64,000 bases of DNA, from contig JAUCBJ010000001.1 of the NCBI GenBank assembly GCA_032718475.1, forward strand, positions 63,411 to 127,410. The letters are read 5' to 3'. The number at the start of each line of letters is the position of its first letter. The first letter of the stretch is position 1. This DNA is from Nemertoderma westbladi. Lineage: Eukaryota; Animalia; Xenacoelomorpha. This document shows, one piece after another, positions 50,493-62,559 of the stretch. Position numbers and translations under genes: made by a program. Below the pieces are notes generated by a model. The model did not search any database, was not told the DNA's origin, and saw only the letters and a list, made by a program, of their open reading frames with translations.

Positions 50493-51218
50493 ATGCTCCC
50501 AATGTCAATTTATTTAGACTTCGATCTGTGTGTGTGGTCTGGTAGTTAGTTGGTACTTCTTCGTACAAAAAGGGGGACTTCCAAATATTTTGTGATGTTG
50601 AGTTATTCCATCCTGTTGTTGTTCCATCATTATTCCATTGTAGCGAGACAAAAAACGACTTTATTTTAGATAAAGTATAAATGCTCTACCGATAAAACGT
50701 TATCCTAGAGAAAAAAAGAGACTCACTGATCACTTTTTCACTGTAACTAATTATTCTATATTGAGTGATTTTTACTTTTTACCACCAACGAACGAGTGCT
50801 AAAATACCAACGAGTGCAAAACTCCTTACAGGAGGCAGCCTATCTTAATTATTGCGGCAAACTAGATGACAATGAGTTCTTTCCGTTTCTCTTTAAGAGT
50901 GGTCAACAGTTTTTCAAAAATATGAAAATCTAAATTTATAATAATTAGATAATAATGTATAATTTCAGTGTGAATCCGACATTACAACACGAGATCGTTA
51001 TACTTTATCATCTTACTTTTTATTTTTCTTTACTCCGCTACTTACGTGTTTAGGTTATTCCGTAGACCCAATGTTTACATGTGGCATAAAGCTCGGCGTT
51101 TGTCATGTGTTGTCTCCAACTGATGTTTAGGGCTGCCCTTAGTGCTCTTGTGTAGCAACCATCAATTCGTTGTTCAAGTGATTTCCTCGGTGTTATTTTA
51201 ACAATTTATTATTTTTAG

Positions 51219-51303
51219 GGCGCAAGTGACATTGAAAGACCAAAAGATAGTTGACTACGAGATAAAAATGCAAAAACAAGAGCAAAGATACCAGGAACTT
51301 AAG
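51219..51303 (+). CDS. TACC: TACC exon 4
   Basis: tttttAG acceptor phase 2; AQVTLKDQKIVDYEIKMQKQEQRYQELK (cf. TACC3 QEGQRYQALK); AAG|GTGAGT donor phase 0. Confidence 0.9.
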
Positions 51304-54300
51304 GTGAGTGTTTGTGCTGTAACCAGCTAGGTACCAGGAACTTAAGGTGAGTGTTTGTGCTGTAACCAGCTAGGTCGGGAACTTAAGGTGAGTGCTTGTG
51401 CTGTAACCAGCTAGGTCGGGAACTTAAGGTGAGTGTTTGTGCTGTAACCAGTTAGGTACCAGGAACTTAAGGTGAGTGTTTGTGCTGTAACCAGCTAGGT
51501 ACCAGGAACTTAAGATGAGTGTTTGTGCTGTAACCAGCTAGGTCGGGAACTTAAGGTGATTGCTTGTGCTGTAACCAGCTAGGTCGGGAACTTAAGGTGA
51601 GTGTTTGTGCTGTAACCAGCTAGGTACCTGTAACTTAAGGTGAGTGCTTGTGCTGTAACCAGCTAGGTACCAGGAACTTAAGGTGAGTGTTTGTGCTGTA
51701 ACCAGCTAGGTACCTATGGAAGTTAAGGTGAGTGTTTGTGCTGTAACCAGCTAGGTACCAGGAACTTAAGGTGAGTGTTTGTGCTGTAACCAGCTAGGTA
51801 CCAGGAACTTAAGGTGAGTGTTTGTGCTGTAACCAGCTAGGTACCAGGAACTTAAGGTGAGTGTTTGTGCTGTAACCAGCTAGGTACCAGGAACTTAAGG
51901 TGAGTGTTTGTGCTGTAACCAGCTAGGTACCTATGGAAGTTAAGGTGAGTGCTTGTGCTGTAACCAGCTAGGTCGGGAACTTAAGGTGAGTGTTTGTGCT
52001 GTAACCAGCTAGGTACCAGGAACTTAAGGTGAGTGTTTGTGCTGTAACCAGCTAGGTACCTATGGAAGTTAAGGTGAGTGCTTGTGCTGTAACCAGCTAG
52101 GTCGGGAACTTAAGGTGAGTGTTTGTGCTGTAACCAGCTAGGTACCAGGAACTTAAGGTGAGTGTTTGTGCTGTAACCAGCTAGGTACCAGGAACTTAAG
52201 GTGAGTGTTTGTGCTGTAACCAGCTAGGTACCAGGAACTTAAGGTGAGTGTTTGTGCTGTAACCAGCTAGGTACCTATGGAAGTTAAGGTGAGTGCTTGT
52301 GCTGTAACCAGCTAGGTCGGGAACTTAAGGTGAGTGTTTGTGCTGTAACCAGCTAGGTACCAGGAACTTAAGGTGAGTGTTTGTGCTGTAACCAGCTAGG
52401 TCGGGAACTTAAGGTGAGTGTTTGTGCTGTAACCAGCTAGGTCGGGAACTTAAGGTGAGTGTTTGTGCTGTAACCAGCTAGGTACCAGGAACTTAAGGTG
52501 AGTGTTTGTGCTGTAACCAGCTAGGTACCAGGAACTTAAGGTGAGTGTTTGTGCTGTAACCAGCTAGGTACCTATGGAAGTTAAGGTGAGTGCTTGTGCT
52601 GTAACCAGCTAGGTCGGGAACTTAAGGTGAGTGTTTGTGCTGTAACCAGCTAGGTACCTGGAAGTTAAGGTGAGTGCTTGTGCTGTAACCAGCTAGGTAC
52701 CAGGAACTTAGGTGAGTGTTTGTGCTGTAACCAGCTAGGTCGGGAACTTAAGGTGAGTGTTTGTGCTGTAACCAGCTAGGTCGGGAACTTAAGGTGAGTG
52801 TTTGTGCTGTAACCAGCTAGGTACCAGGAACTTAAGGTGAGTGTTTGTGTTGTAACCAGCTAGGTACCTGTAACTTAAGGTGAGTGTTTGTGCTGTAACC
52901 AGCTAGGTCGGGAACTTAAGGTGAGTGTTTGTGCTGTAACCAGCTAGGTACCTGGAACTTAAGGTGAGTGCTTGTGCTGTAACCAGCTAGGTACCAGGAA
53001 CTTAAGGTGAGTGTTTGTGCTGTAACCAGCTAGGTACCAGGAACTTAAGGTGAGTGTTTGTGTTGTAACCAGCTAGGTACCAGGAACTTAAGGTGAGTGT
53101 TTGTGCTGTAACCAGCTAGGTACCAGGAACTTAAGGTGAGTGTTTGTGTTGTAACCAGCTAGGTACCAGGAACTTAAGGTGAGTGTTTGTGCTGTAACCA
53201 GCTAGGTACCAGGAACTTAAGGTGAGTGCTTGTGCTGTAACCAGCTAGGTACCAGGAACTTAAGGTGAGTGTTTGTGCTGTAACCAGCTAGGTACCAGGA
53301 ACTTAAGGTGAGTGTTTGTGTTGTAACCAGCTAGGTACCAGGAACTTAAGGTGAGTGTTTGTGCTGTAACCAGCTAGGTACCAGGAACTTAAGGTGAGTG
53401 CTTGTGCTGTAACCAGCTAGGTACCAGGAACTTAAGGTGAGTGTTTGTGCTGTAACCAGCTAGGTACCTGTAACTTAAGGTGAGTGTTTGTGCTGTAACC
53501 AGCTAGGTCGGGAACTTAAGGTGAGTGTTTGTGCTGTAACCAGCTAGGTACCTGGAACTTAAGGTGAGTGCTTGTGCTGTAACCAGCTAGGTCGGGAACT
53601 TAAGGTGAGTGTTTGTGCTGTAACCAGCTAGGTACCAGGAACTTAAGGTGAGTGCTTGTGCTGTAACCAGCTAGGTACCAGGAACTTAAGGTGAGTGTTT
53701 GTGCTGTAACCAGCTAGGTACAAGGAACTTAAGGTGAGTGTTTGTGTTGTAACCAGCTAGGTACCAGGAACTTAAGGTGAGTGTTTGTGCTGTAACCAGC
53801 TAGGTACCAGGAACTTAAGGTGAGTGCTTGTGCTGTAACCAGCTAGGTACCAGGAACTTAAGGTGAGTGTTTGTGCTGTAACCAGCTAGGTACCTGTAAC
53901 TTAAGGTGAGTGTTTGTGCTGTAACCAGCTAGGTCCGGAACTTAAGGTGAGTGTTTGTGCTGTAACCAGCTAGGTACCTGGAACTTAAGGTGAGTGTTTG
54001 TGCTGTAACCAGCTAGGTACCAGGAACTTAAGGTGAGTGTTTGTGTTGTAACCAGCTAGGTACCAGGAACTTAAGGTGAGTGTTTGTGCTGTAACCAGCT
54101 AGGTACCAGGAACTTAAGGTGAGTGTTTGTGCTGTAACCAGCTAGGTACCTGTAACTTAAGGTGAGTGTTTGTGCTGTAACCAGCTAGGTCGGGAACTTA
54201 AGGTGAGTGTTTGTGCTGTAACCAGCTAGGTACCTGTAACTTAAGGTGAGTGCTTGTGCTGTAACCAGCTAGGTACCAGGAACTTAAGGTGAGTGTTTGT

Positions 54301-57300
54301 GCTGTAACCAGCTAGGTACCTATGGAAGTTAAGGTGAGTGTTTGTGCTGTAACCAGCTAGGTACCAGGAACTTAAGGTGAGTGTTTGTGCTGTAACCAGC
54401 TAGGTACCAGGAACTTAAGGTGAGTGTTTGTGCTGTAACCAGCTAGGTACCAGGAACTTAAGGTGAGTGTTTGTGCTGTAACCAGCTAGGTACCAGGAAC
54501 TTAAGGTGAGTGTTTGTGCTGTAACCAGCTAGGTACCAGGAACTTAAGGTGAGTGTTTGTGCTGTAACCAGCTAGGTACCTATGGAAGTTAAGGTGAGTG
54601 CTTGTGCTGTAACCAGCTAGGTCGGGAACTTAAGGTGAGTGTTTGTGCTGTAACCAGCTAGGTACCAGGAACTTAAGGTGAGTGTTTGTGCTGTAACCAG
54701 CTAGGTACCAGGAACTTAAGGTGAGTGTTTGTGCTGTAACCAGCTAGGTACCTATGGAAGTTAAGGTGAGTGCTTGTGTTGTAACCAGCTAGGTACCAGG
54801 AACTTAAGGTGAGTGTTTGTGCTGTAACCAGCTAGGTACCAGGAACTTAAGGTGAGTGTTTGTGTTGTAACCAGCTAGGTACCAGGAACTTAAGGTGAGT
54901 GTTTGTGCTGTAACCAGCTAGGTACCAGGAACTTAAGGTGAGTGCTTGTGCTGTAACCAGCTAGGTACCAGGAACTTAAGGTGAGTGTTTGTGCTGTAAC
55001 CAGCTAGGTACCAGGAACTTAAGGTGAGTGTTTGTGTTGTAACCAGCTAGGTACCAGGAACTTAAGGTGAGTGTTTGTGCTGTAACCAGCTAGGTACCAG
55101 GAACTTAAGGTGAGTGCTTGTGCTGTAACCAGCTAGGTACCAGGAACTTAAGGTGAGTGTTTGTGCTGTAACCAGCTAGGTACCTGTAACTTAAGGTGAG
55201 TGTTTGTGCTGTAACCAGCTAGGTCGGGAACTTAAGGTGAGTGTTTGTGCTGTAACCAGCTAGGTACCTGGAACTTAAGGTGAGTGCTTGTGCTGTAACC
55301 AGCTAGGTCGGGAACTTAAGGTGAGTGTTTGTGCTGTAACCAGCTAGGTACCAGGAACTTAAGGTGAGTGCTTGTGCTGTAACCAGCTAGGTACCAGGAA
55401 CTTAAGGTGAGTGTTTGTGCTGTAACCAGCTAGGTACCAGGAACTTAAGGTGAGTGTTTGTGTTGTAACCAGCTAGGTACCAGGAACTTAAGGTGAGTGT
55501 TTGTGATGTAACCAGCTAGGTACCAGGAACTTAAGGTGAGTGCTTGTGCTGTAACCAGCTAGGTACCAGGAACTTAAGGTGAGTGTTTGTGCTGTAACCA
55601 GCTAGGTACCTGTAACTTAAGGTGAGTGTTTGTGCTGTAACCAGCTAGGTCGGGAACTTAAGGTGAGTGTTTGTGCTGTAACCAGCTAGGTACCTGGAAC
55701 TTAAGGTGAGTGTTTGTGCTGTAACCAGCTAGGTACCAGGAACTTAAGGTGAGTGTTTGTGTTGTAACCAGCTAGGTACCAGGAACTTAAGGTGAGTGTT
55801 TGTGCTGTAACCAGCTAGGTACCAGGAACTTAAGGTGAGTGTTTGTGCTGTAACCAGCTAGGTACCTGTAACTTAAGGTGAGTGTTTGTGCTGTAACCAG
55901 CTAGGTACCAGGAACTTAAGGTGAGTGTTTGTGTTGTAACCAGCTAGGTACCTGTAACTTAAGGTGAGTGTTTGTGCTGTAACCAGCTAGGTACCTGTAA
56001 CTTAAGGTGAGTGCTTTTGCTGTAACCAGCTAGGTCGGGAACTTAAGGTGAGTGTTTGTGTTGTAACCAGCTAGGTCGGGAACTTAAGGTGAGTGTTTGT
56101 GCTGTAACCAGCTAGGTACCAGGAACTTAAGGTGAGTGTTTGTGCTGTAACCAGCTAGGTACCTATGGAAGTTAAGGTGAGTGCTTGTGCTGTAACCAGC
56201 TAGGTCGGGAACTTAAGGTGAGTGTTTGTGCTGTAACCAGCTAGGTCGGGAACTTAAGGTGAGTGTTTGTGCTGTAACCAGCTAGGTACCTGGAAGTTAA
56301 GGTGAGTGCTTGTGCTGTAACCAGCTAGGTACCAGGAACTTAAGGTGAGTGTTTGTGCTGTAACCAGCTAGGTCGGGAACTTAAGGTGAGTGTTTGTGCT
56401 GTAACCAGCTAGGTCGGGAACTTAAGGTGAGTGTTTGTGCTGTAACCAGCTAGGTACCAGGAACTTAAGGTGAGTGTTTGTGTTGTAACCAGCTAGGTAC
56501 CTGTAACTTAAGGTGAGTGTTTGTGCTGTAACCAGCTAGGTCGGGAACTTAAGGTGAGCGTTTGTGCTGTAACCAGCTAGGTACCAGGAACTTAAGGTGA
56601 GTGTTTGTGCTGTAACCAGCTAGGTACCTGGAAGTTAAGGTGAGTGTTTGTGTTGTAACCAGCTAGGTACCAGGAACTTAAGGTGAGTGTTTGTGCTGTA
56701 ACCAGCTAGGTACCTGTAACTTAAGGTGAGTGTTTGTGCTGTAACCAGCTAGGTCGGGAACTTAAGGTGAGTGTTTGTGCTGTAACCAGCTAGGTACCAG
56801 GAACTTAAGGTGAGTGTTTGTGCTGTAACCAGCTAGGTACCAGGAACTTAAGGTGAGTGTTTGTGCTGTAACCAGCTAGGTACCAGGAACTTAAGGTGAG
56901 TGCTTGTGCTGTAACCAGCTAGGTCGGGAACTTAAGGTGAGTGTTTGTGCTGTAACCAGCTAGGTACCAGGAACTTAAGGTGAGTGTTTGTGCTGTAACC
57001 AGCTAGGTACCAGGAACTTAAGGTGAGTGTTTGTGCTGTAACCAGCTAGGTACCTGGAAGTTAAGGTGAGTGTTTGTGCTGTAACCAGCTAGGTACCTGT
57101 AACTTAAGGTGAGTGCTTGTGCTGTAACCAGCTAGGTCGGGAACTTAAGGTGAGTGTTTGTGCTGTAACCAGCTAGCTCGGGAACTTAAGGTGAGTGCTT
57201 GTGCTGTAACCAGCTAGGTACCAGGAACTTAAGGTGAGTGTTTGTGCTGTAACCAGCTAGGTACCTGGAAGTTAAGGTGAGTGTTTGTGCTGTAACCAGC

Positions 57301-60300
57301 TAGGTACCAGGAACTTAAGCTGAGTGTTTGTGCTGTAACCAGCTAGGTACCAGGTACTTAAGGTGAGTGTTTGTGCTGTAACCAGCTAGGTACCTGGAAC
57401 TTAAGGTGAGTGCTTTTGCTGTAACCAGCTAGGTCGGGAACTTAAGGTGAGTGCTTGTGCTGTAACCAGCTAGGTACCTGGAACTTAAGGTGAGTGTTTG
57501 TGCTGTAACCAGCTAGGTACCTGTAACTTAAGGTGAGTGTTTGTGCTGTAACCAGCTAGGTCGGGAACTTAAGGTGAGTGCTTGTGCTGTAACCAGCTAG
57601 GTACCAGGAACTTAAGGTGAGTGTTTGTGCTGTAACCAGCTAGGTACCAGGAACTTAAGGTGAGTGTTTGTGCTGTAACCAGCTAGGTACCTGGAACTTA
57701 AGGTGAGTGCTTTTGCTGTAACCAGCTAGGTCGGGAACTTAAGGTGAGTGCTTGTGCTGTAACCAGCTAGGTACCTGGAACTTAAGGTGAGTGTTTGTGC
57801 TGTAACCAGCTAGGTACCAGGAACTTAAGGTGAGTGTTTGTGTTGTAACCAGCTAGGTACCAGGAACTTAAGGTGAGTGTTTGTGCTGTAACCAGCTAGG
57901 TACCTGGAACTTAAGGTGAGTGCTTTTGCTGTAACCAGCTAGGTACCAGGAACTTAAGGTGAGTGTTTGTGCTGTAACCAGCTAGGTACCTGGAACTTAA
58001 GGTGAGTGTTTGTGCTGTAACCAGCTAGGTCGGGAACTTAAGGTGAGTGTTTGTGCTGTAACCAGCTAGGTACCAGGAACTTAAGGTGAGTGTTTGTGTT
58101 GTAACCAGCTAGGTACCTGGAACTTAAGGTGAGTGTTTGTGCTGTAACCAGCTAGGTCGGGAACTTAAGGTGAGTGTTTGTGCTGTAACCAGCTAGGTAC
58201 CAGGAACTTAAGGTGAGTGTTTGTGTTGTAACCAGCTAGGTACCAGGAACTTAAGGTGAGTGTTTGTGCTGTAACCAGCTAGGTACCAGGAACTTAAGGT
58301 GAGTGTTTGTGCTGTAACCAGCTAGGTACCTGGAACTTAAGGTGAGTGCTTTTGCTGTAACCAGCTAGGTCGGGAACTTAAGGTGAGTGTTTGTGCTGTA
58401 ACCAGCTAGGTCGGGAACTTAAGGTGAGCGTTTGTGCTGTAACCAGCTAGGTACCAGGAACTTAAGGTGAGTGTTTGTGCTGTAACCAGCTAGGTCGGGA
58501 ACTTAAGGTGAGTGTTTGTGCTGTAACCAGCTAGGTACCAGGAACTTAAGGTGAGTGTTTGTGCTGTAACCAGCTAGGTCGGGAACTTAAGGTGAGTGTT
58601 TGTGCTGTAACCAGCTAGGTACCAGGAACTTAAGGTGAGTGCTTTTGCTGTAACCAGCTAGGTCGGGAACTTAAGGTGAGTGTTTGTGCTGTAACCAGCT
58701 AGGTACCAGGAACTTAAGGTGAGTGTTTGTGCTGTAACCAGCTAGGTGCCAGGAACTTAAGGTGAGTGTTTGTGCTGTAACCAGCTAGGTACCAGGAACT
58801 TAAGGTGAGTGTTTGTGTTGTAACCAGCTAGGTACCTGGAACTTAAGGTGAGTGCTTTTGCTGTAACCAGCTAGGTCGGGAACTTAAGGTGAGTGTTTGT
58901 GCTGTAACCAGCTAGGTACCAGGAACTTAAGGTGAGTGTTTGTGTTGTAACCAGCTAGGTACCTGGAACTTAAGGTGAGTGCTTTTGCTGTAACCAGCTA
59001 GGTCGGGAACTTAAGGTGAGTGTTTGTGCTGTAACCAGCTAGGTACCAGGAACTTAAGGTGAGTGCTTTTGCTGTAACCAGCTAGGTCGGGAACTTAAGG
59101 TGAGTGTTTGTGCTGTAACCAGCTAGGTACCAGGAACTTAAGGTGAGTGTTTGTGCTGTAACCAGCTAGGTGCCAGGAACTTAAGGTGAGTGTTTGTGCT
59201 GTAACCAGCTAGGTACCAGGAACTTAAGGTGAGTGTTTGTGTTGTAACCAGCTAGGTACCTGGAACTTAAGGTGAGTGCTTTTGCTGTAACCAGCTAGGT
59301 CGGGAACTTAAGGTGAGTGTTTGTGCTGTAACCAGCTAGGTACCAGGAACTTAAGGTGAGTGTTTGTGTTGTAACCAGCTAGGTACCTGGAACTTAAGGT
59401 GAGTGCTTTTGCTGTAACCAGCTAGGTCGGGAACTTAAGGTGAGTGTTTGTGCTGTAACCAGCTAGGTCGGGAACTTAAGGTGAGTGTTTGTGCTGTAAC
59501 CAGCTAGGTACCTGGAACTTAAGGTGAGTGCTTGTGCTGTAACCAGCTAGGTACCTGGAAGTTAAGGTGAGTGTTTGTGCTGTAACCAGCTAGGTACCAG
59601 GAACTTAAGGTGAGTGCTTTTGCTGTAACCAGCTAGGTCGGGAACTTAAGGTGAGTGTTTGTGCTGTAACCAGCTAGGTACCTGGAACTTAAGGTGAGTG
59701 TTTGTGCTGTAACCAGCTAGGTCGGGAACTTAAGGTGAGTGTTTGTGCTGTAACCAGCTAGGTACCAGGAACTTAAGGTGAGTGTTTGTGTTGTAACCAG
59801 CTAGGTACCTGGAACTTAAGGTGAGTGCTTTTGCTGTAACCAGCTAGGTCGGGAACTTAAGGTGAGTGTTTGTGCTGTAACCAGCTAGGTACCAGGAACT
59901 TAAGGTGAGTGTTTGTGTTGTAACCAGCTAGGTACCTGGAAGTTAAGGTGAGTGCTTGTGCTGTAACCAGCTAGGTACCTGGAAGTTAAGGTGATTGTTT
60001 GTGCTGTAACCAGCTAGGTACCAGGAACTTAAGGTGAGTGTTTGTGTTGTAACCAGCTAGGTACCTGGAAGTTAAGGTGATTGTTTGTGCTGTAACCAGC
60101 TAGGTACCAGGAACTTAAGGTGAGTGTTTGTGTTGTAACCAGCTAGGTACCTGGAACTTAAGGTGAGTGCTTTTGCTGTAACCAGCTAGGTCGGGAACTT
60201 AAGGTGAGTGTTTGTGCTGTAACCAGCTAGGTCGGGAACTTAAGGTGAGTGTTTGTGCTGTAACCAGCTAGGTACCAGGAACTTAAGGTGAGTGTTTGTG

Positions 60301-60500
60301 TTGTAACCAGCTAGGTACCTGGAACTTAAGGTGAGTGCTTTTGCTGTAACCAGCTAGGTCGGGAACTTAAGGTGAGTGTTTGTGCTGTAACCAGCTAGGT
60401 ACCAGGAACTTAAGGTGAGTGTTTGTGTTGTAACCAGCTAGGTACCTGGAAGTTAAGGTGAGTGCTTGTGCTGTAACCAAACCAGCTAGGTACCTGAAAG
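51289..60500 (+). repeat. 41-45 bp tandem array (consensus gtaccaggaacttaag|gtgagtgtttgtgctgtaaccagctag, 43 bp), roughly 215 copies
   Basis: Begins within the last 15 nt of TACC exon 4 and fills intron 4; copy number estimated from length. Confidence 0.98.
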
Positions 60501-60700
60501 TTAATAATATAATTATGGAACTTTCCGATTGTCATTTTATAAAGATAAGTATTGCATAAACTAGGAAGATGAACTTGTTAACATCCTATTTAATATCTGT
60601 AATAATACGGTTACATACGTTTTCTTTAGTGTTGCGCACTAGGCTAATTATTTTTATTTGAATGATTTACTGTAATTTGCCCTCGTTTTATTTAAATTAG

Positions 60701-60787
60701 GTTTTGGCTGAAGATAAAATAGAACAAGCGAATTTGGAGATGAGTAGACTAAAGTCGAAGTACGAAACGGATATAGCTGGATTACAG
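60701..60787 (+). CDS. TACC: TACC exon 5
   Basis: attAG acceptor phase 0; VLAEDKIEQANLEMSRLKSKYETDIAGLQ (cf. AHAEEKLQLANEEIAQVRSK); CAG|GTAATG donor. Confidence 0.9.
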
Positions 60788-61164
60788 GTAATGTATCATA
60801 TTACATGGGGACCAATAAGGTAGTCATTACTGAATCCATTACATCACCCGTGCCCGTTGCTTCTGATTGTTACTGATGACGGCTCGCCTTACATTCTCGC
60901 AGACCGAGATATAGGATCTATATGGTGATGTAAATAAACATTGCAAACGAGTCCGTGTTGGGTAGAACGAATGATGAACTGGATTGGATGGTTGTGGGGG
61001 TGTCCCGTCCCGAACCCTGCTGACACAGGCCCTCACGTAATAGAGCAAACCTAATCTATCTTCGCCTGCAGCTGATCAGTCAGAGTACTGAATTGTACTG
61101 AACAGCAGTGCGATAAAGTATCGATAGGCCTACAGCTAGTGATCTACCGCGATCTAAATTTGGT

Positions 61165-62126
61165 TGGGGCCGGGAAAGATGAGTTTTGGCAAGGCCGGGA
61201 TTATAAAATTTTTCCAATTATACCTTCTAACAGTTTGATCACTTTCTGATCTTTTTTTAAGCAGAGAAATCGGTTCATCGTGTTAACTATTTTGTTTACT
61301 TTTATAATTATTAATTTTAAATTTATTGAATTGCACTAATTGGTAAAAGTTTCTGGCAATTTAAATTGTAAGTACAATTATACACAGCACCACAAACCGG
61401 ATAGAAACAAATCTTCCTCCCCCAACAAAACCATCCCTCTCCAACTCCCCTCACTCCATAACTTATCCAATCTCCAACTCCCCTCACTCCATAACTTATC
61501 CAATCTCCAACTCCCCTCACTCCGTAACTTATCCAATCTCCAACTCCCCTCACTCCATAACTTATCCAATCTCCAACTCCCCTCACTCCGTAACTTATCC
61601 AATCTCCAACTCCCCTCACTCCGTAACTTATCCAATCTCCAACTCCCCTCACTCCGTAACTTATCCAATCTCCAACTCCCCTCACTCCGTAACTTATCCA
61701 ATCTCCAAGTCCCCTCACTCCGTAACTTATCCAATCCCCAACTCCCCTCACTCCGTAACTTATCCAATCTCCAACTCCCCTCACTCCGTAACTTATCCAA
61801 TCTCCAACTCCTCTCACTCCGTAACTTATCCAATCTCCAACTCCCCTCACTCCGTAACTTATCCAATCTCCAACTCCCCTCACTCCGTAACTTATCCAAT
61901 CTCCAACTCCCCTCACTCCGTAACTTATCCAATCTCCAACTCAACCTTCTCCACTAAATACTCAAAGCATGGAACCCTTCCAATCAGCCCTCACCCGAAA
62001 ATTATTAATCAATTTATCAAATTTAAAACAAAATTAATCAATTAATTCCGAAATAATCAAAAAATTAATTTGAACTCTATCATACAATTATTATTTTGCA
62101 AATAAACAATTATTATCCCGGCCCTA
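61165..62126. mobile_element. Degenerate hAT-like MITE carrying the 33 bp minisatellite
   Basis: T(G/A)GGGCCGGGA...TCCCGGCCCTA ends; imperfect 8 bp flanks aatttggt/aattgatt. Confidence 0.45.
61438..61942. repeat. 33 bp C-rich minisatellite (ctccaactcccctcactccgtaacttatccaat)n in TACC intron 5
   Basis: ~15 near-identical copies. Confidence 0.97.
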
Positions 62127-62405
62127 AATTGATTATTTCAAGGGATAGGGGTGTGTGTGTAGTAACATAATTTTTCCCCCTAAGTATACATCCATATTGA
62201 TCCCTTTAGCACTCGGATCGCATAAAATTTACTCACGACTTGGAGTTACTAATTTACCGGGGCCCTGTTCGATCCCTACTTGTAGCTGTTCGGTAATTAT
62301 TGGACCCGAATGTATTAGATCCCAGTACACTCTGGAGAAGCACCTTTACACTCCCCCAGTATTTTTACATTCATCATTATAATTAATAATATCTATGTTT
62401 TATAG

Positions 62406-62540
62406 GCGTCTTTGAAGATGGAACAAATGAGATCTACGAGTTTGGAACAATCGTTAGAACAGAAAGTGCGAGACAACTCTGAACTAACTAGTATCTGTGA
62501 TGGATTAATAGTTAGAATTAATGCCACAGGTCAAAAATAG
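62406..62540 (+). CDS. TACC: TACC exon 6 (C-terminus)
   Basis: tatAG acceptor phase 0; ASLKMEQMRSTSLEQSLEQKVRDNSELTSICDGLI (cf. [35 protein letters not shown]); TAG at 62538-62540. Confidence 0.92.
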   Translation, partial: ASLKMEQMRSTSLEQSLEQKVRDNSELTSICDGLIVRINATGQK

Positions 62541-62553
62541 TTTAATTTAATGA

Positions 62554-62559
62554 AATAAA
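62554..62559 (+). terminator. Candidate polyadenylation signal for TACC
   Basis: AATAAA 14 nt after the stop; further copies downstream. Confidence 0.35.

Noticed and set aside
51289-60500. CRISPR array
   Set aside because: No unique spacers, eukaryotic intron context and no cas genes
61323-61957. 11 aa repeat ORFs (LRNLSNLQLPS, LRR-like)
   Set aside because: A 33 bp unit opens several frames on both strands; it is intronic, and TACC exons 5-6 join in frame without it
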